A stretch of 64,000 nt of DNA from Akkermansia muciniphila (GCA_945865375.1 CAMBEJ010000001.1:8064-72063); one strand, 5' to 3'. Counted from the stretch's first letter, positions 38,991-50,729 are shown. The notes: generated from the letters alone by a model not told the origin. Made by a program: numbers and translations.

Positions 38991-39494
38991 GCGCCTCTCA
39001 GATTTTTCCAGATCTTCTCGTCATCGTCATCGTCATCGTAATCCTACTCGTAATCCCATGAACCGCCGATTCGACCACGAAAAGCTGGAGGTTTGCCAAG
39101 TCTCTTTGGCTTTCATCACATGGCTTGAGCCGATCCTGCAGAAATTGCCCAAGTCCCTCTCTGTGACCGACCCATTGGATCGGGCCAGTACCTCCATCCC
39201 TCTGACCATTGCCGAAGGCAACGGAAAATTCACTGGAGCGGATCGTTGCCGATAGTTTGACAATGCCCGTAGCTCCGCTTTGGAAAGTGCCGAAGCCCTG
39301 GATGTGCTCGTGGCCAAAGGCCGATGTTCTGGGGAGGAAGTTCTGTCAGGAAAAGACCGCCTCTGGAGCGTCGTTTCGATGCTAGTCGCCTTGATAAAGG
39401 CAAACTCCGATTACCGGTTGCACGACGGAAACCCGGGATAGGATTACGATTACGATTACGATTACGAGAAGATCTGGAAAAATCTGAGATGCGC
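38991..39494. mobile_element. IVS-like hairpin element: 54-bp hexamer-repeat inverted arms enclosing a four-helix-bundle ORF
   Basis: Arms 38991-39044 and 39441-39494 are reverse complements at 50 of 54 positions. (TCATCG/TAATCG)n on the left faces (CGATTA)n on the right. Related to the ORF-less copies at 12.1, 18.3 and 52.0 kb. Mobility is inferred, not shown. Confidence 0.6.
39058..39441 (+). pseudogene. Four-helix-bundle protein (TIGR02436 / 23S rRNA-IVS protein family) with an in-frame TAG
   Basis: MNRRFDHEKLEVCQVSLAFITWLEPIL...DRASTSIPLTIAEGNGKFTGADRCR * FDNARSSALESAEALDVLVAKGRCS... The family pattern continues in the same frame across TAG at 39253-39255. Confidence 0.8.
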
Positions 39495-39562
39495 GCGCCA
39501 GCTCCTCTCCTGAGCTCTGATATTTGGGTTGAATTGCCCCGGTTGACCACTACTTTTGTGGG

Positions 39563-42475
39563 ATGATTTTGACCGAGCGCGAATCCTTTTCCAGACGGCA
39601 TATTGGTCCCAGACCCGTCGAAATCCAGGGCATGGCCCAGACGTGCGGATTCCCTTCCCTTGACGCACTCATCGACGCCGCAATGCCGCCGGGAATCCGT
39701 TCGAAGAATCCGCTCCAAATCCCGAACGCAATCTCCGAGTTTGAAGCGCTGAAAGCCCTCCGCTTGATGGCTGCCAAGAACCAGGTTTTCCGCTCTTTCA
39801 TCGGCATGGGTTACAACAACACGATCACACCGCCGGTCATCCAGCGGAATATGTTAGAAAATCCGGGCTGGTACACACAGTACACCCCTTATCAAGCCGA
39901 GATCTCACAAGGCCGCCTCGAGGGCCTGTTAAATTTCCAAACCCTGATCAGAGATTTGACATCCCTGGACATCGCCAACGCGTCGTTGCTGGACGAGGCC
40001 ACCGCGTGCGCCGAAGCCATGCACCTCTGCGCCAGTCTGAAGGAGGCCGCGGACCGTAGCGTGTTCCTCGTGGATCATCGCTGTCATCCTCAGAACATAG
40101 ACGTCCTCAGAACACGGGCCACGCCCCTGGGCATCAGCCTCATCATCGGCGACCCCGCCACTCTCGAAATCACCCGCAACACCTTCGGGATCCTCGTGCA
40201 GTACCCCGGAACGGACGGCGTTGTCCGTGATTTCGCCGCACTCGCGGAACGCGCTCACCAGGGCGGAGCGCTCCTCGTTGTCGCAGCCGATCTACTTTCG
40301 CTCACTTTGTTGAAGCCTCCGGGAGAATTCGGAGCCGACATCGCAGTGGGCAGCGCCCAGCGATTCGGCGTCCCGCTCGGGTATGGCGGACCCCACGCCG
40401 CGTTCTTCGCCACACGCGACGCCTTTAAACGCTCCATGCCAGGGAGACTCGTGGGCGTTTCCAGGGATGCTCGAGGTAAACCCGCCCTGCGCCTGTCTCT
40501 TCAAACTCGCGAACAACATATCCGGCGAGAAAAGGCCACCAGCAACATTTGCACCGCGCAAGCCCTCCTGGCCAACATGGCCATGGCTTACGCCGCCTAT
40601 CATGGACCCGTCGGACTGACCACCATCGCCACACGCATCAATCGCCTCACCCACGTTCTCGCTTCCGTCCTTAGAGGCCTCGGGTACGATCTTGGCGAGG
40701 CTCCGTTTTTTGATACCCTTTCCATTTGTCTCTCGAAGTTGGGGGCTCCAGAACTCGCCCGAATCGCTTCCAGCCACCGGATCAACTTGTGTGTCGTGAA
40801 CGATTCTACCGTGCGCGTTTCGTTGGATGAAACGACCACCCTCGAAGATGTCCGTGAGCTCGCTCAGATTTTCAATGCCGACCGAATCCCACCACGAGCG
40901 ATTTGGGAGAATGCGGTCCGATCCGCTCAGGACGAGGCCGCTTGCGCCTTTCCAGCCACGTTCCGCCGCTCGTCTCCGTTTCTGACCCAGCCGGTATTCA
41001 ACCAACATCATAGTGAGACCGAGATGTTGCGGTATCTGCGCAAGCTCGAATCCAAAGATCTCTCGCTCTGCCACAGCATGATCCCGCTGGGATCGTGCAC
41101 CATGAAACTCAATGCCAGTTGTGAAATGTTCCCTGTCTCCTGGCCCGAGTTCGCCAGTCTCCATCCGTTCGCGCCTCTCGAGCAGACGCGGGGCTACCAG
41201 GAAATGTTCTCGAACCTCGAGGACTGGCTCAAAGAGTGCACCGGTTTTTTCGCGATTTCGTTGCAGCCGAACGCCGGATCTCAAGGGGAATACGCCGGTC
41301 TGCTGGCCATTCGGCGCTACCACGAATCCAGAGGAAACGCCGGTCGCAGCATCTGCATCATCCCCACCAGCGCCCACGGCACAAACCCCGCCAGCGCCGT
41401 CATGTGCGGTTTTCAGGTGGTCCCGGTCGAATGCGACACGGACGGAAACATCGATATTGCGGACCTGCGATCCAAGGCGGCTCTGCACGGTGAGAGGCTC
41501 GCCGCGCTGATGATCACTTACCCAAGTACTCACGGAGTGTTTGAAACTTCGATCCGCCAGATTTGTGATCTTATCCACGCCGCCGGAGGCCAAGTTTATA
41601 TGGATGGGGCGAACATGAATGCCCAAGTCGGGCTCACCAGTCCCGGTGAAATTGGGGCGGACGTCTGCCACCTCAATCTCCACAAAACATTCTGCATCCC
41701 CCACGGAGGCGGTGGCCCGGGAATGGGTCCGATTGGGGTCGCATCCCACCTGGCTCCGTTCCTGCCAGGGCATCCTGTGGTCGTATTGCGCGGCTCGGAA
41801 AGCACCGGAGCCGTCAGCGCCGCTCCCTGGGGCAGTGCCTCAATTCTCGCAATTTCTTGGGTTTACATCGCTTGCATGGGGCCCCAGGGCCTCACAGATG
41901 CCACGAAAGTCGCGATTCTCAACGCTAACTACATCGCCAGAAAGTTGGAGAACCACTTCCCTGTTCTCTACAAAGGGCCCGCTGGCTTAGTCGCGCACGA
42001 ATGCATCCTGGATCTACGCCGTCTGATTGTTCTCAAAGACGGCCAGCATAGTCTTCATGCCGTCAAGCACGCAACCGCTGAGGACGTCGCCAAACGGCTC
42101 ATGGACTATGGAATCCACGCCCCCACCCTGAGCTGGCCTGTCGCCGGGACCCTCATGGTCGAACCCACCGAAAGCGAGCCCAAGTGCGAACTGGACCGGT
42201 TTTGTGAGGCTATGATTTCAATCCACGCCGAAATCATGGCAATCGAGGCAGGCCGCGCCGATGTCAAAAATAATGTGCTCAAAAATGCACCGCACACCGC
42301 CGATCAAATCTCTTCGGATTCCTGGAACCGCCCTTACAGCCGCGATGCCGCTGCGTTCCCCGTGGAGTCACTGCGTGAATTCAAATTTTGGCCCGCCGTG
42401 GGCCGCATCGACAACGTCTACGGCGACCGCAACCTGATTTGCAACTGTGTCGGCATGGATTCTCAAGCACCCTAG
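39563..42475 (+). CDS. gcvP: Glycine dehydrogenase (aminomethyl-transferring), single-chain P protein
   Basis: 970 aa and collinear with GcvP: [48 protein letters not shown], and the PLP-lysine region [16 protein letters not shown]. Confidence 0.97.
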   Translation: MILTERESFSRRHIGPRPVEIQGMAQTCGFPSLDALIDAAMPPGIRSKNPLQIPNAISEFEALKALRLMAAKNQVFRSFIGMGYNNTITPPVIQRNMLENPGWYTQYTPYQAEISQGRLEGLLNFQTLIRDLTSLDIANASLLDEATACAEAMHLCASLKEAADRSVFLVDHRCHPQNIDVLRTRATPLGISLIIGDPATLEITRNTFGILVQYPGTDGVVRDFAALAERAHQGGALLVVAADLLSLTLLKPPGEFGADIAVGSAQRFGVPLGYGGPHAAFFATRDAFKRSMPGRLVGVSRDARGKPALRLSLQTREQHIRREKATSNICTAQALLANMAMAYAAYHGPVGLTTIATRINRLTHVLASVLRGLGYDLGEAPFFDTLSICLSKLGAPELARIASSHRINLCVVNDSTVRVSLDETTTLEDVRELAQIFNADRIPPRAIWENAVRSAQDEAACAFPATFRRSSPFLTQPVFNQHHSETEMLRYLRKLESKDLSLCHSMIPLGSCTMKLNASCEMFPVSWPEFASLHPFAPLEQTRGYQEMFSNLEDWLKECTGFFAISLQPNAGSQGEYAGLLAIRRYHESRGNAGRSICIIPTSAHGTNPASAVMCGFQVVPVECDTDGNIDIADLRSKAALHGERLAALMITYPSTHGVFETSIRQICDLIHAAGGQVYMDGANMNAQVGLTSPGEIGADVCHLNLHKTFCIPHGGGGPGMGPIGVASHLAPFLPGHPVVVLRGSESTGAVSAAPWGSASILAISWVYIACMGPQGLTDATKVAILNANYIARKLENHFPVLYKGPAGLVAHECILDLRRLIVLKDGQHSLHAVKHATAEDVAKRLMDYGIHAPTLSWPVAGTLMVEPTESEPKCELDRFCEAMISIHAEIMAIEAGRADVKNNVLKNAPHTADQISSDSWNRPYSRDAAAFPVESLREFKFWPAVGRIDNVYGDRNLICNCVGMDSQAP

Positions 42476-42660
42476 AACTTTCCGATCTGAGATGCCGAGG
42501 TGGGAGTGATGCGGCGGCGCGCGATTTCGCGGGCGTAGGCCGCAGAACCTGTTATGAATCAAACATGCAGCGAATCGCCCCGGACCAAATTTGTGGTTGA
42601 AATCCTTGTCACGCATCCCAATCTTGCCACCGTCCTTTCACACGATAAAATATTTCAATC

Positions 42661-43761
42661 ATGGCCATTCTGAACGTCAAACCGGCGCAATCCTGCAAAT
42701 TTGACATGATCGCCCTTGGGGAAATCATGCTCCGCCTCGACCCCGGCGAAGGCCGTGTCCGAACCGCACGCGAGTTCAAGGCCTGGGAAGGCGGCGGTGA
42801 ATACAATGTCGCCCGAGGACTCCGGCGTTGCTTCGGACTCCGCACGACGGTCTGCACCGCTTTTGCCGAAAATGAGATCGGACGGCTCATCGAAGACTTC
42901 ATCCTCCAAGGCGGTGTGGACACATCATTCATCAAATGGCGCGCCTACGACGGCGTGGGCCGCACCGTGCGCAACGGGCTGAACTTTACCGAGCGCGGCT
43001 TCGGCATCCGCGGTGCCGTCGGCGTCCCTGACAGAGGCAACACCGCGGCGAGCCAACTCAAACCCGGTGATTTCGACTGGGACGACCTCTTTGGCAAGCA
43101 AGGCGTACGCTGGCTCCATACAGGCGGAATTTTCGCCGCCCTGTCAGACACCACCCCGGAGATCGTCATAGAAGCCGTTCAGGCCGCCAAAAAGCACGGC
43201 GTGATCGTCTCCTACGACCTGAATTATCGTCCCTCCCTTTGGAAATCGATCGGCGGCCACAAACGCGCCCAAGAAGTGAACCGCCGCATCGCGCCGTTTG
43301 TCGATGTCATGATCGGCAACGAGGAGGATTTTACAGCCTGCCTCGGCTTTCACGTGGAAGGAGTGGACGAGAACATCTCCCAAATCGACGTGGGCGCCTT
43401 CAAGTCGATGATCGAAAAAGCCGTGCGAGAGTTCCCCAATTTCAAAGTCGTGGCCACCACACTGAGGGCCGTGCGGTCGGCCACCCGCAACGATTGGGGG
43501 GCGATTTGTTGGGCGAACGGCCAGTTCTTCGAGGCCACGCATCGCCCGGATCTGGAGATCCTGGACAGAGTGGGAGGTGGGGACAGTTTCGCTTCGGGAC
43601 TTGTGTACGGGCTGATGACCTTCGATGACGCGCAAAAGGCCCTTGAATATGGGGCGGCGCACGGTGCCCTCGCCATGACGACGCCGGGCGACACCTCCAT
43701 GGCGACGCTCAAAGAAGTGGAAAGCCTGGTCAAAGGCGGCGGCGCTCGCGTGCAACGATAA
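42661..43761 (+). CDS. kdgK: PfkB-family sugar kinase (2-dehydro-3-deoxygluconokinase-like)
   Basis: GEIMLRLDP...[12 protein letters not shown]-terminal pattern and PfkB signature [16 protein letters not shown]. Confidence 0.65.
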   Translation: MAILNVKPAQSCKFDMIALGEIMLRLDPGEGRVRTAREFKAWEGGGEYNVARGLRRCFGLRTTVCTAFAENEIGRLIEDFILQGGVDTSFIKWRAYDGVGRTVRNGLNFTERGFGIRGAVGVPDRGNTAASQLKPGDFDWDDLFGKQGVRWLHTGGIFAALSDTTPEIVIEAVQAAKKHGVIVSYDLNYRPSLWKSIGGHKRAQEVNRRIAPFVDVMIGNEEDFTACLGFHVEGVDENISQIDVGAFKSMIEKAVREFPNFKVVATTLRAVRSATRNDWGAICWANGQFFEATHRPDLEILDRVGGGDSFASGLVYGLMTFDDAQKALEYGAAHGALAMTTPGDTSMATLKEVESLVKGGGARVQR

Positions 43762-43844
43762 TCGGATCTCTTCGAAATACTTCTCGCGCGACGGGGCGAG
43801 TTTTGTATCGTGAGGGCGTCGTCGGAACTCATTTTACACTCTCA

Positions 43845-45299
43845 ATGGAAGCAAAAGCTGATATCGCACTCATCGGTCTGGCCGTCATGGGCCAGAATCT
43901 CATCCTGAACATGAACGACCACGGTTTTACCGTCGTCGCTTACAACAGAACGGTCTCCAAGGTAGATGACTTTCTCGCCAAGGAAGCAAAGGGCACGAAC
44001 GTGATCGGTGCCCATTCCATCGAGGAAATGGTCGGCCTGCTCAAACGGCCTCGCCGCGTCATGATGCTCGTGAAAGCGGGCACTGCGGTGGACGAGTTCA
44101 TCGAGCAGCTCATCCCCCATCTGGAACCGGGCGACATCCTGATTGATGGTGGCAACTCCTTGTTCGACGACACCAACCGCCGTGCCAACCGCGTTGAGAG
44201 CAAAGGGCTGCTTTACATTGGCACCGGTGTCTCAGGAGGCGAAGAAGGCGCGCGCCGAGGTCCCAGCATCATGCCCGGAGGTTCGCCCGCTGCGTGGCCC
44301 CACGTGAAAACCATCTTCCAGGCCGTCTCCGCCAAGGTCGAAGGCGGAGCGCCCTGCTGCGATTGGGTGGGCGAAAACGGGGCCGGGCACTATGTGAAAA
44401 TGGTTCACAACGGAATCGAATATGGGGATATGCAGCTCATTTGCGAAGCCTACGCCTTGATGAAACAAGGGCTCGGCATGACACCCCAGGAAATGCACGA
44501 GGTGTTCGCCGAATGGAACAAGGGCGATCTCGACAGTTATCTGGTCGAAATCACCCGTGACATTCTCGGGTTCAAGGACAGCGATGGACTGCCCCTGGTT
44601 GAGAAAATCCTCGATACGGCGGGCCAAAAAGGAACTGGAAAGTGGACGGTCATCAACTCCGCTGAACTCGGTGTCCCAATCACTCTGATGGCCGAAGCCG
44701 TTTACGGCCGGTGCGTCTCCGCGATGAAGGACGAACGTGTGGCCGCCTCGCGCAAGCTGAAAGGCCCTAGGCCGGCGATCAGCGCCGACCGCGCCACGTT
44801 CGTCGAGCAGATCCGCCAGGCGCTTTTTGCCTCTAAAATCGTTTCCTACGCCCAGGGCTACATGCTCATGAAGGCCGCAGCCAAGGAATATAATTGGAAC
44901 CTCAACTACGGAGGTATCGCTCTCATGTGGCGGGGCGGCTGCATCATCCGCAGCCGGTTCCTGAGCAAAATCAAAGAGGCCTTCGAGAAAAAGCCCAAGC
45001 TGACAAATCTGTTGCTGGACGATTATTTCCGCACAGAAATTAAGAAATGCCAGAAAGCATGGCGGAACGTGGTGGCCACTGCTGTCAAGAAGGGCATCCC
45101 CGTCCCCGCATTCAGCACGGCCCTCTCCTTTTTTGATAGCTACCGAAGTCCCGTTCTGCCGGCAAATCTCCTCCAGGCCCAGCGCGATTATTTCGGAGCC
45201 CACACTTACGAGCGCGTCGACCAGCCTCGCGGCCAGTTTTTTCACACTAACTGGACGGGCCGGGGCGGGGATGTATCCTCCAGTACCTACACCGTTTAG
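43845..45299 (+). CDS. gnd: NADP-dependent decarboxylating 6-phosphogluconate dehydrogenase
   Basis: [67 protein letters not shown]. Start at MEAKADI. Confidence 0.95.
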   Translation: MEAKADIALIGLAVMGQNLILNMNDHGFTVVAYNRTVSKVDDFLAKEAKGTNVIGAHSIEEMVGLLKRPRRVMMLVKAGTAVDEFIEQLIPHLEPGDILIDGGNSLFDDTNRRANRVESKGLLYIGTGVSGGEEGARRGPSIMPGGSPAAWPHVKTIFQAVSAKVEGGAPCCDWVGENGAGHYVKMVHNGIEYGDMQLICEAYALMKQGLGMTPQEMHEVFAEWNKGDLDSYLVEITRDILGFKDSDGLPLVEKILDTAGQKGTGKWTVINSAELGVPITLMAEAVYGRCVSAMKDERVAASRKLKGPRPAISADRATFVEQIRQALFASKIVSYAQGYMLMKAAAKEYNWNLNYGGIALMWRGGCIIRSRFLSKIKEAFEKKPKLTNLLLDDYFRTEIKKCQKAWRNVVATAVKKGIPVPAFSTALSFFDSYRSPVLPANLLQAQRDYFGAHTYERVDQPRGQFFHTNWTGRGGDVSSSTYTV

Positions 45300-45364
45300 C
45301 CCCCTCCTCAAACCCAGGCTACACACTGCAATCGCCCCTCGCAAAATCTGACTCTTTAGAACCC

Positions 45365-46255
45365 ATGGACCCTGCGCAACACCTCCACGATTTCAGGCCC
45401 GCCAAAGAATTTTTTGTCGGCATCGACTCCGATGGATGCGTGTTCGATTCGATGGAGATCAAACATAAGGAGTGTTTTACGCCGATGTTTGTCAAACATT
45501 TCGGTCTTCAGGCTGTGAGCAAATACGCGAGGGAGACATGGGAGTTCGTCAACCTCTACTCAAAGACCAGGGGAGCAAACCGGTTTCCTGCACTCTCGCG
45601 ATCTCTCAACCTCCTCCGTGACCGTTCCGAGGTCAAGACGCGCAAAGTCTCAGTCCCAGGTTCCCATGCTGTGGACGAATGGATGGCGCGCGAAACCAAA
45701 CTAGGGAATGCCGCCCTCGCCGCGGAAGTGCAGCGCGGCAACCAAGGACTCGAGCCCATCGAACGTTGGTCGAAAGCGGTCAACCACATGATCGAAGATG
45801 TGGTATCCGGGGTGCCTCCGTTCCCACTCGTCAGGGAAAGCCTCGGAAAGTTGAATGGTCTCGCCGACGCCATGGTGATTTCCCAAACACCCACGGATGC
45901 TCTGGAAAGAGAATGGGCTGAGCACGGCATCGCGGACCAGGTCCGGTTGATCGCCGGCCAGGAAATGGGGACCAAAACCGAGCACCTCCGCTTCGCGGCG
46001 TCCCAGAAATACGCACCCTCAAAAATCCTCATGGTAGGCGACGCGCCTGGGGATCAAAAGGCCGCGCAATCCAATAAGGCGCTCTTTTATCCGATCATCC
46101 CGGGCCAAGAAGAACGCTCCTGGGAACGGTTTTTCAACGAAGCGTTGGATCGCTTTTTTAACGGAGCGTACGCAGGAGACTACGAGCTGTCTCTCATCAG
46201 GGAATTCGATGCCTCCCTGCCTGAACACCCTCCATGGTCGAGGTCCTTCCCATGA
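45365..46255 (+). CDS. HAD-superfamily hydrolase
   Basis: Motif I GIDSDGCVFD and motif IV MVGDAPGDQKAA. Confidence 0.7.
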   Translation: MDPAQHLHDFRPAKEFFVGIDSDGCVFDSMEIKHKECFTPMFVKHFGLQAVSKYARETWEFVNLYSKTRGANRFPALSRSLNLLRDRSEVKTRKVSVPGSHAVDEWMARETKLGNAALAAEVQRGNQGLEPIERWSKAVNHMIEDVVSGVPPFPLVRESLGKLNGLADAMVISQTPTDALEREWAEHGIADQVRLIAGQEMGTKTEHLRFAASQKYAPSKILMVGDAPGDQKAAQSNKALFYPIIPGQEERSWERFFNEALDRFFNGAYAGDYELSLIREFDASLPEHPPWSRSFP

Positions 46256-46403
46256 ACAATGCGGTGGGGCGCGGTGTCCCCACCAAGCCGTCGAGGCTTG
46301 CGAAGCTCCTGGGCTATGGCGGCTCGGCAAACGCACTTCGCATTCTCCCCAATGCGGGTTCACGGACTCTTCGTTTGTCCCCTGTTGTAGGCCGAATCCA
46401 CCC

Positions 46404-46913
46404 ATGAGCCCGCCCCCTCTTCAGGTTTTACTTGGCAAACTGCTGAGGCTGTTTCTGGCGGTCATCGCCCTGTACGGGATTGTCTATGTTTCAGCCACTC
46501 TTTGGAGGGAACGTAAGGGACCCTGGGTTCTGACCTTCGATGAAACTCCATCGGGAACCCCGCGGCTGACCATCCGTCATGAAAAACTCGGAATTCAGGA
46601 TATTCAAATATTTGCCGATATGGAAGAGCCAATGCCCGCGGGATTCAAGCCGGTGACGGTGCGATTCAAGTCCCCCGCAGATGAGCCAGGCTTTGGAAAA
46701 CTCCTTTTCACGGACCTCACTTTCCTTCCTGGGGTGGTCACGCTGGATGTATTTGGACATGAGGTGGAACTCCTCCCGAGAACCCTCGTGATCAATCGCA
46801 AAACAATACCATGGTCCGGAGCCAAGGATATCCATCTCAAACCCGATGAACGCCTCCCCGGGGGGCCCATTTCACCTCAAAAACGAAAGCAGTTGGGCCG
46901 CGAATTCCCCTAA
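46404..46913 (+). CDS. Hypothetical membrane-anchored protein
   Basis: Internal ATG start followed by a TM helix (LLRLFLAVIALYGIVYVSATLW). No domain recognised. Confidence 0.45.
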   Translation: MSPPPLQVLLGKLLRLFLAVIALYGIVYVSATLWRERKGPWVLTFDETPSGTPRLTIRHEKLGIQDIQIFADMEEPMPAGFKPVTVRFKSPADEPGFGKLLFTDLTFLPGVVTLDVFGHEVELLPRTLVINRKTIPWSGAKDIHLKPDERLPGGPISPQKRKQLGREFP

Positions 46914-46953
46914 AACACCCGACGGCTAAGGTGAGACAATCACTATTTTATTT

Positions 46954-49900
46954 ATGCAGCCTTGTCACTTCTTGATCTTGATGGCGGGCTTCGCCATGGG
47001 AGCGCTGTCAACTCATGGGCAATCCGCGCAGCCTTCGAAGCCTGCGGAACATTTGGCCGCGACCAGCGCGCCAAGCGCTCTCCTCGCTGTCTCCGGAAAA
47101 GTAGAAGTTTCGAAGTTCGGTTCCACCGAATGGTCGCTCGCCACCTTGAACCAAACCCTCAGTGTTGGAGATAAGGTGCGAACAGGAGCAGGGAGCCGCG
47201 CCGCCATCCGCCTTCCAAACCTGAGCGTGCTTCGCATGAACGAACGGACGACCGTGGAAATTCAAAAACCCACCACAACCGTCTCTAAAGCCACTCTCAG
47301 CATCCAGGTCGGGGCGGCCTATTTTTTCGGTCGAGGCCAGCCGGGTGAAATCAATGTGCGCACTCCGATGGCTACCAGCGCCATTCGCGGAACGGAGTTC
47401 AACGTTCAAGTGGACTCGAACGGTGCCACGGTCTTCACAGTGATCGAAGGGGGTATGGATGTGGCCAATGATCTGGGCAGTGTTCCGTTGAAACCGGGGC
47501 AGCAAGCTTCAGTCGTCCACGGTGCAGCGCCACAGGTCAGCCCCTTTCTCCAATTGAACAATATCATCCAATGGTCCTTGTACTATCCCGGGGTGATTGA
47601 CACTTCCGAGCTGGAGTTCAACCCGGAAGAAACCACGCTGCTCTCAGCCTCCTTGACGGCTTACCGCGAAGGAGATCTCGCGGGCGCGCTGGCAAGGTTG
47701 CCCTCGCTGGTGGGCCGCTCAGATTCCAGCGGCATCTACGAAGCGGCGTTGCTACTTTCGGTGGGTCAGGTCGGGCAGGCCCAGTCCAGGCTGGGCGATG
47801 TAAAATTAAAAACCGCCAGGAGCCACGAGCTGATCGATGCTCTCACAACTCTGATCGCGACGGTCAAAAATCAGGCGGTTCCGAACACGAACGAGTCAGC
47901 CTCCGTCAGCGCCTCGCCTTCGCTCCTCATGGCGCGTTCTTATTGGCTCCAGTCGCGCTTCAAACTCGAGCAGGCGTTCACCCTGGCGATGGAAGCCACG
48001 AAAATCTCGCCGAATTTCGGATTTGCCTGGGAACGATTGGCCGAGCTGCATTTCAGTTTTGGACGCGTGGACGAGGCCCGGCAGGCAATGGAGAAAGCGC
48101 TCGAACTCTCGCCAAAAAACGCGCAAGCCCTGGCTTTGCGGGGCTTTCTTCTGAGCGCCGAGAACAGGATCGTGCGTGCTCAGGAGGCCTTTGAGCAGGC
48201 CATCGCGCTGGATCCCAACCTCGGCAACGCATGACTTGGGCTCGGCCCTCTGCCGCATCCGCCGAGGAGACGTCAGGGCCGGCCTCGAGGACCTTCAGAC
48301 GGCTGCCGCGCTGGAACCTAATCGCGCGATGTTGCGCAGCTATCTTGGCAAAGCGTTCGGCGCTGCCCACGATTCGGATCATGCCCTCAACGAACTGCGT
48401 CGAGCCCTCGCACTCGATCCGTCGGATCCCACCGCCTGGCTTTACTCCGCGCTCCTGAAATATGACCAGCACCGGATCAATCCGGCAGTGGAAGATCTCG
48501 AATATTCCCTGACTTTGAACGACAATCGACGCCTCTTTCGCTCGCGGTTCCTGCTGGATCAAGACAAAGCCGTTGGCAGCGTTAATCTGGCAAATTTCTA
48601 TCTCGCGGCGGGGTTGACCGATGTCAGTGTCCACGAGGCCTCCCGTGCGGTGACTTACGACTACGCGAACCCATCCGCGCACCGTTTCCTGGCCGACAGC
48701 TTCAATGCTCTGCGCGACCCGGCCCGATTCAACCTGCGCCACGAGACGGTGTGGTTTAACGAGACCCTGCTATCCGATCTCCTTTCGCCCGTCGGTGCCG
48801 GTTCCCTCTCGCAGCATGTTTCACAATATGAGTACTCTAAGCTTTTCGAACGGGACCGCCTTGGATTCAACACTTCAACCACCGCCCGGAGCGACGGTCA
48901 GTACCAGGAATTTGCCTCCCAATTCGGTACCTTCGGAAACTCCAGCTATTCACTGGACTTAGAATATCAATTCAACAAAGGGGTGCGTCTCAACAACAAA
49001 CTGTCTCGCATCGAGTGGTATTCCAAGATCAAGCAACAACCGACCGAGAAGGACTCGCTCTTCCTGCTCACGAAGTATTAGGATTATCACTCGGGGGATA
49101 ATTTCCAGTACTACGATCCCAAGAATGCACGCCCTCACTTCTCTTATGATGAATTTCAGTCCCCGTATGTGGTCGGGGCCTATCGTAGGGAATGGTCGCC
49201 GGGGATCCACACCTTGATGCTGACAGGCGGCTTCAACAATGAGCAAAAGTTTGGAGATACCGCAGTCCCCATCCCGGTCGTGCTGGCCCGCAGTGCCGCG
49301 GGAGACGTCACCCGGCTGAGCAATCCCGCGTTTGACGTGGATTACGGCAGCGACTTTTCGTTTTACCACGCTGAACTCAACCAAATAGTGCAATCCGTTC
49401 GGAGCACGCTGGTCGGTGGCGTTCGTTACCAGGTTGGAGAGTTTGAAACCCGCAACCGGCTGGACCTCGTCCCCGGCAGCTCTTTCGGATTGCTGTTCCC
49501 GACACCCGCAGCAAACTCTTCTTTCATTGATCAGTTCGAGAGGGTGTCCGGTTACGTTTATTTCACTCGGGCGTTCTGGGATCAACTCTATCTAACCGGC
49601 GGCGTTTCATACGATCGGATGCGTTATCCGGCGAATCACCGCATGCCTCCCATCGCGGGTGCCGAGTCGGAAGAGGACCAAGTGAGTCCAAAGGCCTCGT
49701 TGGTCTGGATTCCGAGTGACAGACTCAGCGTGCGTGCGATGTATAGCCGTTTCCTAGGTGGGGTCAGGTTCGATCAGAGTTACGGGCTCGAGCCCACGCA
49801 ACTCGCCGGTTTCGGCCAACCCTACCGTACGATCATCTTCGAATCCATAGTGGGCTCCGTTTCCGAACCGAAGTACGAAGTGGCCGGGGCGGGTGTTGAC

Positions 49901-50479
49901 CTGAAGTTCAAGACCCATACCTACGCCGGAATACAAACAGAACTTTTGCGCTCCGAGGTGAACAGCCCGGTCGGCGCGTTTAGTTTCCCTTTACCGATAA
50001 GTTCTTCCACGCTGGCGAGGAGTCTCGATTACCAAGAGCGCGTGGCCAGCCTCTACGTTCAGCAGTTGCTCGGGGATGAGTGGTCGGCGGGGGCTTCCTA
50101 CACGTTGCGCGATTCCGACCTGCACACGTTCTATCCCGAAATCCCCGTGACGGTGGCCGCGAAGGCGGACAAGACGGAGCGCGCCACCATGCATCAGATC
50201 AACGCGAACGTTCTGTTCAATCACCACTCGGGCTTCTTTTCCCGCCTGGATTCGAGCTGGACCCTGCAAAGCAACCGCAGTTACAGCCCGGACATCCCCG
50301 GCGACACCGTTCATCAGTTGGATTTCTCCGTCGGCTACCGTTTCCCTCGCCAGATCGGCTCCATTTTGCTGACCGTGGGAAATCTTACGGACCAGGATTA
50401 CAAGCTCAACCCGTTGAACATTTACACAGAGATGCCTCGCGAGCGTGTGTTTTCGGCAAGGCTGCGGTTGCATTTTTAA
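46954..50479 (+). pseudogene. FecR-domain / TPR / C-terminal beta-barrel protein, disrupted in two places
   Basis: Signal peptide and FecR-like domain (46954-), then TPR repeats running across a frame switch at 48232-48250. An in-frame TAG at 49079-49081 (LTKY*DYHSGDNF) follows. A barrel-like C-terminus ends ...FSARLRLHF. The three ORF-track pieces (46954, 48176, 49169) join seamlessly. Confidence 0.75.
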
Positions 50480-50729
50480 GCATGAACCTTTATCCGACAG
50501 TACATTTAACCGCAAAGAATACAAAGAACATCGAGCAACACAGCCCCAACCAAATTGAACTGCGGAGGGGGACTGAAATGGAACCGAATTCTATATCGGA
50601 AGATGAAACGTCCGTCGGATTTTAATTCGGTTTTCTTTCGGTTCTATTCTGCGGTTAAAATCTCAAACATCTTTGACTGGTATTCGTGCATCCCCGCGGC
50701 TCCGTGGTTCAACTTGAATTGCTTTTCGG

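Noticed and set aside
38991-39494. Diversity-generating retroelement, since Avd-like four-helix-bundle proteins accompany DGRs.
   Set aside because: No reverse transcriptase ORF and no template/variable repeat pair could be found nearby. The flanks are clpB and gcvP.
39495-39562. Glycine riboswitch expected upstream of gcvP.
   Set aside because: Only about 70 nt are available, and they lack the conserved glycine-aptamer core. The spacer is largely occupied by the hairpin element.
40292-41773. Long antisense or overlapping ORFs in the six-frame track. Examples: 493 aa opposite gcvP, 3681-4793 opposite DUF1501, 929-1840, 16003-16974, 44232-45344 opposite gnd, 54726-55670 opposite bshA, and 57421-58824 opposite the SSS gene.
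   Set aside because: These are shadow ORFs typical of GC-rich DNA. They have Arg/Ala/Gly/Pro-rich low-complexity translations and no motifs. Each lies opposite a strongly conserved gene.
48229-48237. Programmed +1 frameshift of the prfB type at GCA TGA C.
   Set aside because: There is no slippery codon (prfB uses CUU UGA C with re-pairing), and no upstream SD-like stimulator was seen. The gene carries a second independent stop at 49079.
19335-49081. Genome-wide reassignment of TAG to a sense codon as the explanation for the three in-frame TAGs.
   Set aside because: TAG is the evident terminator of well-conserved genes here: gcvP, gnd, the DUF1552 gene, both SDRs and the propeller kinase all end at family-typical C-termini. 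Only local read-through remains conceivable.
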